The position numbers and the translations under genes were made by a program. Positions 1-8,977 of a DNA stretch of 64,000 bases are shown piece after piece (positions within the stretch are counted from its first letter, which is position 1; each line of letters opens with the position of its first letter). The DNA lies in the NCBI GenBank assembly GCA_022796875.1, contig JAAWJJ010000002.1, positions 21,819 through 85,818 of the forward strand. The letters are read 5' to 3'. Source of the DNA: Eubacterium sp. (GTDB lineage: Bacteria > Bacillota > Clostridia > Lachnospirales > Lachnospiraceae). Under the pieces are notes generated by a model. The model saw only the letters and a list, made by a program, of their open reading frames with translations, did not search any database and was not told where the DNA came from.

Positions 1-1673
1 ACTTTTGCCGATTCAAATCCCGCCTCCAGCATTTCCCGGCACTCTTCCGCCGTAAAATGTTCTTCTCCCAACAAAGCCACCATTTTATCCATCAGATCAA
101 TGACCGTTTTGTAAACGGACGCATATTCTTTCGCAAGGGACGCCTCTTTTCTTTCCGCAAACACTTCCTCCCGCTGTTTTAACTGTTCTTCCATCCTGTG
201 CGCGGTAAAAAATTCATACAGGGCGCGCATCCGGCTTCGAACCGTCCCGTCTTTTTCGGCAAACGCCCGAACTAACGGCTCAAATTCCGCCAGAAAACTC
301 TTTCGCAATTCCTCCATACAGCTAAGGCTGTCTTCTCGCATCCCTTTGATCCTGCGCACCCATTTGCGGTTCCACCTGGAATACCCGCGGATTCCGGTCG
401 CCAGCAGATAATTTTCCAGAAAATCCGCCTGTTCGGCGCTGTAGCCGCTAAATCCCGCTTTTAAATAGCGGATCACGCTTTCATAGGAAAAATCATGTTC
501 CACGACTTCCAGAATACTGCGCACGACTTCCACAAAAGGCTGTTCCGTCAGCGTCCGCGTCCGGTCCGTAAAGACCGGAACCCCGTAGGTTTCAAAAACA
601 CCCTCACCATATTTTCCATACGTTTCCATATCGGCAAACACGACTGCAAAATCCCGGTACCTGTAATGTTCTTCCCGCACCAGGTTCTGAATCGTATACG
701 CCGCATACTGCAGCTCCGCGATCGGATCCGCCAGTTTTGCCACCGTAATATTCCGTGCCTGCTTCGGATACGGTTTTGCAGACAGGCGGAACAGATTCTG
801 CTCCAGCCAGTGCAAGTCTTCCGCCTGCGCATAACGCATCGTTTTTCCGCTGTCAAAAACAAGCGGTTCCTCTAATTCACATCCGCACATATCCGCAAGC
901 TTCCCTAACTGACGAACCGTTTTTTTTGTCAGATAAAACAATTCCTGCATCCCGCTGGAAAGCCAGGCGTCTTCCCTGCTGTCGATCGTCAGATTGACGT
1001 ATACTTTTTCACACAGAGGCAGAATCGCCGCCAAAGCTTCTAACTGTACCGGCGTAAAACCAGTAAATCCGTCGAGCAGAAGAACGCTTCCTCTGACCAG
1101 GCGCGAACGCCCCACAACTTCCGACAGCCTGACAAGCACTTCTTCCGCCGTCATATAAGCTCCGTTTAGTTCTTCCAGATAAGCGCGGTAGAGGACGGCA
1201 ATGTCTTTTAATTTCATGGAAAAAACATCCGGCACGGAATCCGACAGCATATCCTCCAACTGCTCCGGCAAAATCCGGTATTGCATAAACTCCGATAATA
1301 CGGACTTTAATTCATTGATATAACCGGCCTTATTCATTTTTGACGCCATAAATTTCAGACGATCCGACTGCTCCCGGATAATTTTCTTCAAAATATAATT
1401 TTTTCCGGTTTCTTCCAATATCGTCAGCATATTTTCGCCCAGTTCGTCAAAAACCCGATAGGCCAGACGCCCAAAACTCAGTACGTCGATATTCATAATC
1501 GTGTGTTCCGGCTGCAAAAGCACCAGTTCCCGCTGCGTCTGCATCGTAAACTGCTCCGGCACAACAATCAGAAAATTACGTTTTTCAGATTCCGCCGCTT
1601 CTTTTATAAACTTCCGGTACATCGTATAAGATTTTCCGCTTCCCGCATTACCAAATACAAACTGTAACGACAT
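1..1673 (-). CDS. addB: ATP-dependent helicase/nuclease AddAB subunit B, N-terminal part (gene continues beyond window start)
   Basis: Minus-strand frame is open from ATG at 1673-1671 to position 1. N-terminus MSLQFVFGNAGSGKSYTMYRKF (Walker A) and AddB/RexB-like sequence throughout. It is missing from the ORF track only because no stop codon lies in the window. Confidence 0.8.
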   Translation of the reverse strand, partial: MSLQFVFGNAGSGKSYTMYRKFIKEAAESEKRNFLIVVPEQFTMQTQRELVLLQPEHTIMNIDVLSFGRLAYRVFDELGENMLTILEETGKNYILKKIIREQSDRLKFMASKMNKAGYINELKSVLSEFMQYRILPEQLEDMLSDSVPDVFSMKLKDIAVLYRAYLEELNGAYMTAEEVLVRLSEVVGRSRLVRGSVLLLDGFTGFTPVQLEALAAILPLCEKVYVNLTIDSREDAWLSSGMQELFYLTKKTVRQLGKLADMCGCELEEPLVFDSGKTMRYAQAEDLHWLEQNLFRLSAKPYPKQARNITVAKLADPIAELQYAAYTIQNLVREEHYRYRDFAVVFADMETYGKYGEGVFETYGVPVFTDRTRTLTEQPFVEVVRSILEVVEHDFSYESVIRYLKAGFSGYSAEQADFLENYLLATGIRGYSRWNRKWVRRIKGMREDSLSCMEELRKSFLAEFEPLVRAFAEKDGTVRSRMRALYEFFTAHRMEEQLKQREEVFAERKEASLAKEYASVYKTVIDLMDKMVALLGEEHFTAEECREMLEAGFESAK

Positions 1674-1755
1674 CGTATCACGCTCCCGCTTCTTTTGTAG
1701 TTTCTATTATTCCACACTCCGGGGCATTATGCAAACGGTTCCGCTTCCTTTCTGT

Positions 1756-3267
1756 TTATATAATAATGCAGACGATTCCTCCGTTCATATCGTTTACGAC
1801 TTTCTGCATCGTATCCTGCAGTTTCATCTGGCTTTCTTCATCCATCTGCGTAATTTTCCCGCGGATGCCGTCCTCGACCAGTTCCCCGACCGATTTCCCG
1901 AAAATATTCGTTTCCCAGATTCCCTCTTCCGTTTCCTGACTGTCCTGCAAATATTTGACCAGTTCTTCCGCCTGTTCCTGGCTGCCGATAATCGGCGCGA
2001 TTTCGGTTTCTATATTTGCTTTGATCATATGGATGGACGGCGACTGCGCTTTTATCTTTACCCCGAATTTGTTTCCCTGTTTAATCACGACCGGAGCTTC
2101 GAGTACTACTTCGGAAAGTTCCGGAGTCACTACCCCGTACCCTTTTTGGCGCACGGATTCGATCGCTCCGCTTACTTTTCCGTACTCTTTTTTGCTTGCG
2201 GATAATTCTTTCAGCATGGCAATTAGCTGATATTCTCCGTTAATCTGCGTTCCTGTAAGTTCGCTGATATTTTCATAATAATATTTGTCAAGCACCAGAA
2301 AGCGGACTCCCGCCGTCCCCTCAGACAGGTTGATCTGCTCTACGTTGATGCTGTCAATACAGTTTTCTTCTTCTTTCGCACGCATCAGGAAATTCTCTTT
2401 CAAAGAAGAAATGTCTTTGATATAATCAATATCTTCCATGATCTTTTTCGCTTCCTCGATCATTTCCGCTTTCATCGGATGCGTGTTTTCCATCATTTCC
2501 ATCCATTTTGGGATAAAGAAATCAATTTTTGTTACCGGAAATTCATACAAAATACTTTCCAGTATCCGGTCGATATCTTCTTTGTGCATCTGATCACAGT
2601 TGACCGGAAGAACGCCTACTCCGTATTTCTGCTCCAGCTCCCCCGCCAGCATTTTTGTTTCTTCGCTGTAAGGTTTTAAGGAATTTAACAACAGGATAAA
2701 CGGTTTACCGATCCGCTTTAATTCCGATACGGCCTGTTCTTCCGCCTGTTCGTACGCCGTCCGTTCGATATCCGTAAAACTTCCGTCCGTCGTCACTACA
2801 ATACCGATCGTCGAATGGTCGCGGATGACTTTCTGCGTACCGATCTCCGCCGCTTTGACAAAAGGCACTTCATAATCGAACCACGGCGTACGTACCATAC
2901 GTTCCCCGCCGTCTTCAATATGCCCCGACGCCCCTTCCACCATAAACCCGACGCAGTCGATCAGGCGCACTTTTACCTCCACCTCGCCGGACAGACGGAT
3001 GGCAGCCGCGTCTTTCGGTACAAATTTCGGTTCCGTCGTCATGATCGTTTTTCCGTGCGCAGACTGCGGCAGTTCGTCGATCAGCTGAGTACGTTTATTT
3101 TCTTCCTGCATATGTGGCAACACCATCAAATCCATAAAACGCTTGATAAAAGTAGATTTTCCGGTCCGTACCGGACCGACTACGCCAATATAAATTTCTC
3201 CTTTTGTCCGTGTTTTCATATCATTGTATAGGTTAAATTCGTCTTTTCCACTTAAAATAGCGCCCAT
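1756..3267 (-). CDS. spoIVA: stage IV sporulation protein A (spore coat morphogenetic ATPase)
   Basis: 503-aa ORF. N-terminal YIGVVGPVRTGKSTFIKRFM Walker A and length are typical of SpoIVA. Confidence 0.93.
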   Translation of the reverse strand: MGAILSGKDEFNLYNDMKTRTKGEIYIGVVGPVRTGKSTFIKRFMDLMVLPHMQEENKRTQLIDELPQSAHGKTIMTTEPKFVPKDAAAIRLSGEVEVKVRLIDCVGFMVEGASGHIEDGGERMVRTPWFDYEVPFVKAAEIGTQKVIRDHSTIGIVVTTDGSFTDIERTAYEQAEEQAVSELKRIGKPFILLLNSLKPYSEETKMLAGELEQKYGVGVLPVNCDQMHKEDIDRILESILYEFPVTKIDFFIPKWMEMMENTHPMKAEMIEEAKKIMEDIDYIKDISSLKENFLMRAKEEENCIDSINVEQINLSEGTAGVRFLVLDKYYYENISELTGTQINGEYQLIAMLKELSASKKEYGKVSGAIESVRQKGYGVVTPELSEVVLEAPVVIKQGNKFGVKIKAQSPSIHMIKANIETEIAPIIGSQEQAEELVKYLQDSQETEEGIWETNIFGKSVGELVEDGIRGKITQMDEESQMKLQDTMQKVVNDMNGGIVCIII

Positions 3268-3318
3268 CTTTCCTCTTTACACTCCTTTGCAATTTTCTTT
3301 GCCCAAAACGCTTTGTAC

Positions 3319-3347
3319 AGTATATGGGAGAAAAAATCGGATTATGC
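3319..3347 (-). promoter_or_regulatory. candidate sigma-E type promoter of spoIVA
   Basis: Read on the minus strand: GCATAAT - 14 nt - CATATACT. This is close to the B. subtilis sigma-E consensus kmATATT-N14-CATACAnT and lies about 50 nt upstream of the spoIVA ATG. Confidence 0.45.
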
Positions 3348-3458
3348 CAGCAGAAAAATAAGAACCAAAAGTTGCCTTTCTTTTTATTATGGGATATACT
3401 AATATCTATATCATGCTATTATAATAACGTGTTATTAACACATGTTCAGAGGGGTTAT

Positions 3459-4874
3459 ATGATTGAAAAAAATTCAGATATATTAGAAACGGACTTTCCT
3501 GACGGGAACAATCCTGATTATCCAAAAAGCAGGCGGGAAAAAAAGGTACTGAAAAAAAGACAAAAAGAATTGCGAAAAGAACAAAAGGAGTGGCGAAAAG
3601 AACAAAAAGACGCCCCGGCCAAATGGGACAAGCTCGACAATACAGCCAATCTGTTCCCGGTCATTGCCGGAGAACATATGACAAACGTGTTCCGGATGTG
3701 CGTCTGTCTTACCGAAGATATCCGGCCGGAACTGCTGCAAAAAGCTCTGGAAATTTTGCTTCCATGGTTTCAGAATTTTCATTCCAGCCTGAAAAAGGGG
3801 TTTTTCTGGTATTACTTTGAAGAAAACCGCAGAAAACTCCCGCCGGTTATGGAAGAAAACACTTATCCGTGCCAATATTTTGCGCCAAACAGCAATCAGA
3901 ACTATTTATTCCGGATTTCCTATTATAAAAACAGAATCAACCTGGAAGTTTTCCATGTACTGACGGACGGCTCGGGCGCCCGGAATTTTCTGCGCGAACT
4001 GACCTATCAGTACCTGCGGCTGGCACACCCGGAACTGGAACAACACGGAACTACTTTGTCGAGTGAAACGTCTTTAAACCGGGAAGATTCATTTTTAAAA
4101 AATTACCGCAGCTACAACTTCAAAGCATACAATTCTCCGACCGCCTATTTGATCAAAGGCGAACGGTTCCGGGCGCACAAAATGGGGATTATCCATGCTT
4201 CCATGAATTTAAAAAAATTTAAGGAAATTGCCCATAAATATAACGCAAGTATCAACGAATATGTCGTAGCAGTTTTCTTTTACAGCGTTTACAAAGAATA
4301 CCTGCATGGAATGCCGTCAAAACAGCCGGTTTCCGTCGGAGTGCCGGTAGACTTAAGGCCGTTTTTTGATTCCGACACGACAAAAAATTTCTTTGTCGTC
4401 GTGTCCGCCTATTTTAAACCGGAAAAAGAAGATTACAGCTTCGGGGAAATCGTAGAGATTGCCAAAAAATCCCTGCGCTCCCAGATTACCAAAAAGCAGT
4501 TGGAAGAACAGTTTTCTTTTGCCGTCGGAAACGAAAAAATCATGATCCTGCGGACGATCCCGCTCGTTTTTAAAAACCTCGGCATCCGCGCTTTTTACAA
4601 AACCGCCGCCAGGAAAAATTCCGCCACGATTACCAACGTCGGCAGCCTGAAAGTAAAACCGGAATATGAACCGTATATTACAGACTACTTCTGCTTTTTG
4701 TCCCGCTCTTACGGACAGGATATCAAAGCCTGTACCAGTTCTTACAAAAACAGGCTCAATATCACATTCAGTTCTGTCCTAAAAGACACCTCAATCCAGC
4801 GGTGTTTTTACCGGCATCTTGCAGAAGAAGGACTGGAAATTTCAATGGAAACGAATGGAGTGTATTATGGCTAA
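3459..4874 (+). CDS. HxxxD-type acyltransferase (condensation / alcohol acetyltransferase-like family)
   Basis: ORF 3324..4874 trimmed to ATG 3459, preceded by GAGGGG. Contains the HVLTDGSG (HxxxDG) catalytic motif. Lys/Glu-rich N-terminal tail. Confidence 0.65.
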   Translation: MIEKNSDILETDFPDGNNPDYPKSRREKKVLKKRQKELRKEQKEWRKEQKDAPAKWDKLDNTANLFPVIAGEHMTNVFRMCVCLTEDIRPELLQKALEILLPWFQNFHSSLKKGFFWYYFEENRRKLPPVMEENTYPCQYFAPNSNQNYLFRISYYKNRINLEVFHVLTDGSGARNFLRELTYQYLRLAHPELEQHGTTLSSETSLNREDSFLKNYRSYNFKAYNSPTAYLIKGERFRAHKMGIIHASMNLKKFKEIAHKYNASINEYVVAVFFYSVYKEYLHGMPSKQPVSVGVPVDLRPFFDSDTTKNFFVVVSAYFKPEKEDYSFGEIVEIAKKSLRSQITKKQLEEQFSFAVGNEKIMILRTIPLVFKNLGIRAFYKTAARKNSATITNVGSLKVKPEYEPYITDYFCFLSRSYGQDIKACTSSYKNRLNITFSSVLKDTSIQRCFYRHLAEEGLEISMETNGVYYG

Positions 4875-5535
4875 ATGTTTAAAATGTAATGTCAATATCA
4901 CGGACAACACCCTGATCTGCCCGCTTTGCCAGCATATTTTGGAACCAGTTCCCGGTGAAACGTTAAAAAACGCCTATCCAAATATCGAGCAACAGCGTAA
5001 AAAAATGATCGTCGCGCTGCGGATTTACGCATTTGCCGCTATTGTTGCGGAACTGCTGCTTGTTATTATCAATCTGCGCTTTTTTAACGGGATTTTCTGG
5101 AGCGTTATCACCGGAATCGCCCTACTGTATACGTATTTAACGATCTGGTTTTCTTTTCACAAAAATGCCGATTACCGGATCAAGCTTTTGTTCCAGGCCT
5201 GCAGCGGCACCATATTTTTGATTGCAGTGGATTTCGTATACGGTTTCCACGGATGGTCCGTATATATCAGCCTGCCGGTCATCATACTGGCACTGGACGC
5301 CCTGACTTTCATTCTGATGATGGTCAACCGCAAAAACTATGAAAGCTTCCTTTGGCTGATGCTGGTGCTGATCGCTCTGAGCGTAATACCGATCATCTTT
5401 TATGAACTTGGGTTTATCCATTCGTTAACGATTACGTTTACGGCGCTCGGCGTTTCCGTCATTGAGTTTCTGGGAACGTTTATCGTCGGCGGGCAAAAAG
5501 CCAGAATGGAATTGGAGCGCAGATTCCACGTGTAA
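4867..5535 (+). CDS. zinc-ribbon (CxxC...CxxC) polytopic membrane protein, DUF6320-like
   Basis: ORF trimmed to MAKCLKCNVNITDNTLICPLCQ. ATG 4867 overlaps the upstream stop (ATGGCTAA). About 5-6 predicted hydrophobic helices. Confidence 0.6.
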   Translation: MAKCLKCNVNITDNTLICPLCQHILEPVPGETLKNAYPNIEQQRKKMIVALRIYAFAAIVAELLLVIINLRFFNGIFWSVITGIALLYTYLTIWFSFHKNADYRIKLLFQACSGTIFLIAVDFVYGFHGWSVYISLPVIILALDALTFILMMVNRKNYESFLWLMLVLIALSVIPIIFYELGFIHSLTITFTALGVSVIEFLGTFIVGGQKARMELERRFHV

Positions 5536-5539
5536 TGTC

Positions 5540-5592
5540 AAACAGAGCGTTTGGAAAGCCTGAAACCGACTTTCCAAACGCTCTGTTTTTTC
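5540..5592. terminator. bidirectional rho-independent terminator between convergent genes
   Basis: Roughly 19-bp stem AAACAGAGCGTTTGGAAAG / CTTTCCAAACGCTCTGTTT followed by TTTTTT. Confidence 0.8.
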
Positions 5593-6384
5593 CTAAAATA
5601 CGTCTTTCTGCTCTGCATATACCTGCGGTAAAATAGCCGCCAGATTTGTATATTCTTTAATATTATGTCCGAACAGGCTCTTCGGAACGATATCCGGAAT
5701 CACAACGCCGTCCGGCAAAACTTTTACCAGTTTTCCGTCTGCCATACCGAATCCGATCCAAAACCTTGATTCAAATAATACACCATCCTGATACGGACGC
5801 CATTTATGTGTCATAGCTGCCGGACAATTGCCTTCTCCAACCGCGCATACTAAAGAAGCGCACTGTTCCGTTCCAATCAGGCTTTCGTCATAGCCGATAT
5901 CCTGCGGCCGCTTAAAGCATAATTTCAGATAATCCGGTCCCATCCCGATATCTTCCAGTATGTAATGGTTCACTCCCCATGTTTTCTGTGCCATAGGGAC
6001 TGCAGGGTCTACCACATAATCCGCACGATCCGCCCTTGCAAAATAATGGTCTTCCGGATTCCAGATTTTGTATCTCAAATCGGAGCCGACACTATGCCAC
6101 GGAAACCACCAGTCAAGCATTTCACTTGTAACACCCGGCATATACGTCGTATTTGCTACAAAACCTGTCCCGTCTGACGCAACCGCATATCCACAGTCGC
6201 AGGTATTGCCGTATTCTCCTTTTAAAAACAGGTTTTTATCGTTGATACTCAGTACTGTTTCCGGTGCGGAAAGACCTGCGTTCAAAATATCCACTTTATC
6301 CTGCGGAATTTCTGCCATCGGCTGTTCAAAGTATTTGTAATAAGACAGCCTTTTTTCTTCCTCGCTTACGCCTACTTTTTTCAT
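5593..6384 (-). CDS. DAPG/phloretin hydrolase family protein (C-C bond hydrolase, Phy/PhlG-like)
   Basis: 263-aa ORF. The WWFPWHSVGSDLRYKIWNPEDHYF region and the size recall the PhlG/phloretin hydrolase family of flavonoid-degrading gut Clostridia. This is recognition from memory only. Confidence 0.5.
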   Translation of the reverse strand: MKKVGVSEEEKRLSYYKYFEQPMAEIPQDKVDILNAGLSAPETVLSINDKNLFLKGEYGNTCDCGYAVASDGTGFVANTTYMPGVTSEMLDWWFPWHSVGSDLRYKIWNPEDHYFARADRADYVVDPAVPMAQKTWGVNHYILEDIGMGPDYLKLCFKRPQDIGYDESLIGTEQCASLVCAVGEGNCPAAMTHKWRPYQDGVLFESRFWIGFGMADGKLVKVLPDGVVIPDIVPKSLFGHNIKEYTNLAAILPQVYAEQKDVF

Positions 6385-6544
6385 TGCTTTTTACCTCCTG
6401 CTTATTTTATAGGTTAATTTTACTTGATTTTTTATGAAAATGGTAATATTTTATAATATATAGCCATATCATTTTGGTTATGATCAAACATCTTTTAGGA
6501 AAGTAACCAGTTATACAAAATTCATGGCCCCAAAAGGAGAATAT

Positions 6545-7441
6545 ATGACGATAAAATCATTAGAATACTTTCTGGTACTTGCAAAACATCTGAATATTTC
6601 CAAAGCGGCGCAGGAACTGTATATCAGCCAGCCTGCTTTGAGCAGACAGCTAAAGCAGCTCGAAGACGATCTGTCCGCCGTATTATTTGAACGAACCAAC
6701 CATTCGATGAAACTCACGCTGGCAGGCGAAGTGCTGATCCAGGAAGCGAACGAACTGTTCCACAAACGGGCGGAACTTTATGACCGCGTCCGTTTTGCCG
6801 CCGTCCAGTCCAGCCAGTCCTTATGCATCGGCTATATGCAGGGAACTTTAAACGGAAAACTCCCTGCCTGCATCACCGCATACCGGCGGCAACATTCGGG
6901 CGTTCATATTCTATTAAACCGCAACGCTTCCAACCAGGCTTTTTCTGATCTGCTGAAAAACAAAGTCCAGGTTCTTTTTCTGCTGACCACCATAGACGCC
7001 CTGCCCGCTCCGTTATGCGGAAACATCCTGCACGAATCGGAACTCTATCTGGCCATACCGGAAGAATTTGCGAAAAGATTCCGGCAGCCGATTGATTTAA
7101 AAGAACTCAGCAACGAAACTTTAATTTTGCTCAACCCGACGGACACGCCGTTAATGCATACGCCTGTCCCGCTCTTTCTGCATGAAAATACCAACCAGAA
7201 CAATATTATTTATGCGCAGGATATCAGCGACGCCGTGGCTATGGTTCGTACCGGACTGGGCATTACCCTGATTGCAAAAGACTACTGCATGGAGTCAACG
7301 GATTCCATCCGGTTCCTGCCGCTGAAAGAAAACATAAAAGTAAAACTGTGCATGGCCTGGAATCCGTCTTTTCCGTCTGCCGAAGTCACTTCTTTTGTAA
7401 AACTGGTAAACAAACAAATGCCGGGCAAACAATTGCATTAG
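6545..7441 (+). CDS. LysR-family transcriptional regulator
   Basis: N-terminal HTH LEYFLVLAKHLNISKAAQELYISQPALSRQLKQLE. ATG 6545 follows AAAGGAGA. Divergent from the hydrolase gene. Confidence 0.9.
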   Translation: MTIKSLEYFLVLAKHLNISKAAQELYISQPALSRQLKQLEDDLSAVLFERTNHSMKLTLAGEVLIQEANELFHKRAELYDRVRFAAVQSSQSLCIGYMQGTLNGKLPACITAYRRQHSGVHILLNRNASNQAFSDLLKNKVQVLFLLTTIDALPAPLCGNILHESELYLAIPEEFAKRFRQPIDLKELSNETLILLNPTDTPLMHTPVPLFLHENTNQNNIIYAQDISDAVAMVRTGLGITLIAKDYCMESTDSIRFLPLKENIKVKLCMAWNPSFPSAEVTSFVKLVNKQMPGKQLH

Positions 7442-7458
7442 CAGCCGTTTTCACGAAT

Positions 7459-8931
7459 TCAGCGTGCATATAACCGCATATAATGCGCGATCTTTTCGGC
7501 AAGGGCAGCCGTATAGCTGCCTTTTTTTGCCCGCCATTTCCAGTTCCCGGAAGCGGTGGCCGGAGTGTTCATACGCCCCTTTTCCCCGATATCCAGAAGA
7601 TCCTGCAGCGGAACGATACTTAAATCCGCTACGCTTGCCCAGGCCGCCCGCATCATCGTCCAGTTCATTTTTTCCCCGTCCTGATAGCGCAGATATTCCC
7701 GCACATAGCCGGCCACCCGTTCCGGAAGGGAATCGTACCAGCCCAGTATCGTATTGTTGTCATGTGTTCCCGTATATACCACACAATGACGTTCATAATT
7801 GTGCGGCTGGTACGGAGCGTCTGCACAACCGTCAAATGCAAACTGCATCAGTTTCATGCCCGGATAACCGGAATCTTTCACCAGTTTTATGACGGAATCG
7901 GTCAGAAAACCCAGATCTTCCACGATAATATGGATATCATTCAGCTTTTCGTTAACCACATCAAAAAGTTTTATGCCCGGCCCCTCGCGCCAGACGCCGT
8001 TTCTCGCCGTTTCATCTTTTGCCGGAATCGCATAATAGGAATCAAAGCCCCGGAAATGATCGATCCGGATTACGTCAAAAATCTCGGCAAGATGACGGAT
8101 CCGCCGGATCCACCACGAAAATTCATCTTTTTCCATATATTTCCAGTCAAATAACGGATTTCCCCAAAGCTGTCCGTCATCGCTGAAAATATCCGGCGGG
8201 CAGCCCGCGACTTCCGTCATTTCCCGCTCTTCATCCAGGCAAAACTGCTCCGGCGCCGACCATACGTCGACGCTGTCCGGGGATACGTAAATCGGAATAT
8301 CGCCGATGATCTTTATGCCTTTGGCATTGGCGTATTCTTTTAAAGCGCCCCACTGGCTGAAAAACAAAAACTGAAGCATAGCGTGGTAATTCATTTCTTC
8401 TTTTAAAATATCTTTCGCCTCTTCCAGTATTTCCGGCTTCCGGAAACGCAGTCCCGGGCACCATTTATGCCAGGAAACGCCGTCCTGTTTTTCCTTGAGC
8501 GCCATAAACAGGCAGTAATCTTCCAGCCAGTGTTTCTGCCGCTCGCAAAAAGCATCATACTCCGCCGGTATTCTTTCCCGAAAACGTTCGTATGCTTTAT
8601 GCAGGATTCTGTTCCGCCAGTAAAAAATACGTCCGTAATCTACTTCCTCTTCGGTTTCAAACCATTCAGCCGCTTCACATTCGTCCCTTGTCAGCAAATG
8701 CTCATTACATAAATACTCCAAATCAATAAAATAATGATTTCCGGCAAAAGTAGAAAACGACTGATAAGGGGAATCTCCGTATCCGGTCGGCCCTAAAGGC
8801 AGTATCTGCCAGTATTTCTGGCCGGACGACGCCAGAAAATCCACAAACCGCCTTGCTTCCTCTCCAAATGTCCCAATCCCATACCGGGAAGGTAAAGATG
8901 ATATATGCATTAATATCCCACTATTTCTCAT
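7459..8931 (-). CDS. malQ: 4-alpha-glucanotransferase (amylomaltase, GH77)
   Basis: 490 aa. N-terminus GILMHISSLPSRYGIGTFG...YWQILPLGPTGYGDSPYQ is typical of MalQ. Confidence 0.9.
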   Translation of the reverse strand: MRNSGILMHISSLPSRYGIGTFGEEARRFVDFLASSGQKYWQILPLGPTGYGDSPYQSFSTFAGNHYFIDLEYLCNEHLLTRDECEAAEWFETEEEVDYGRIFYWRNRILHKAYERFRERIPAEYDAFCERQKHWLEDYCLFMALKEKQDGVSWHKWCPGLRFRKPEILEEAKDILKEEMNYHAMLQFLFFSQWGALKEYANAKGIKIIGDIPIYVSPDSVDVWSAPEQFCLDEEREMTEVAGCPPDIFSDDGQLWGNPLFDWKYMEKDEFSWWIRRIRHLAEIFDVIRIDHFRGFDSYYAIPAKDETARNGVWREGPGIKLFDVVNEKLNDIHIIVEDLGFLTDSVIKLVKDSGYPGMKLMQFAFDGCADAPYQPHNYERHCVVYTGTHDNNTILGWYDSLPERVAGYVREYLRYQDGEKMNWTMMRAAWASVADLSIVPLQDLLDIGEKGRMNTPATASGNWKWRAKKGSYTAALAEKIAHYMRLYAR

Positions 8932-8977
8932 AACCTGCCACCTGCTTTCCGTTCCTTTTTTGCTGCCTGCGCTTTTA

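Noticed and set aside
3324-3458. Upstream extension of the acyltransferase ORF, and similarly 10550-10585 for the ClC ORF.
   Set aside because: The extensions begin at non-ATG codons without RBSs and run through promoter or repeat sequence. Internal ATGs with good RBSs give family-typical N-termini.
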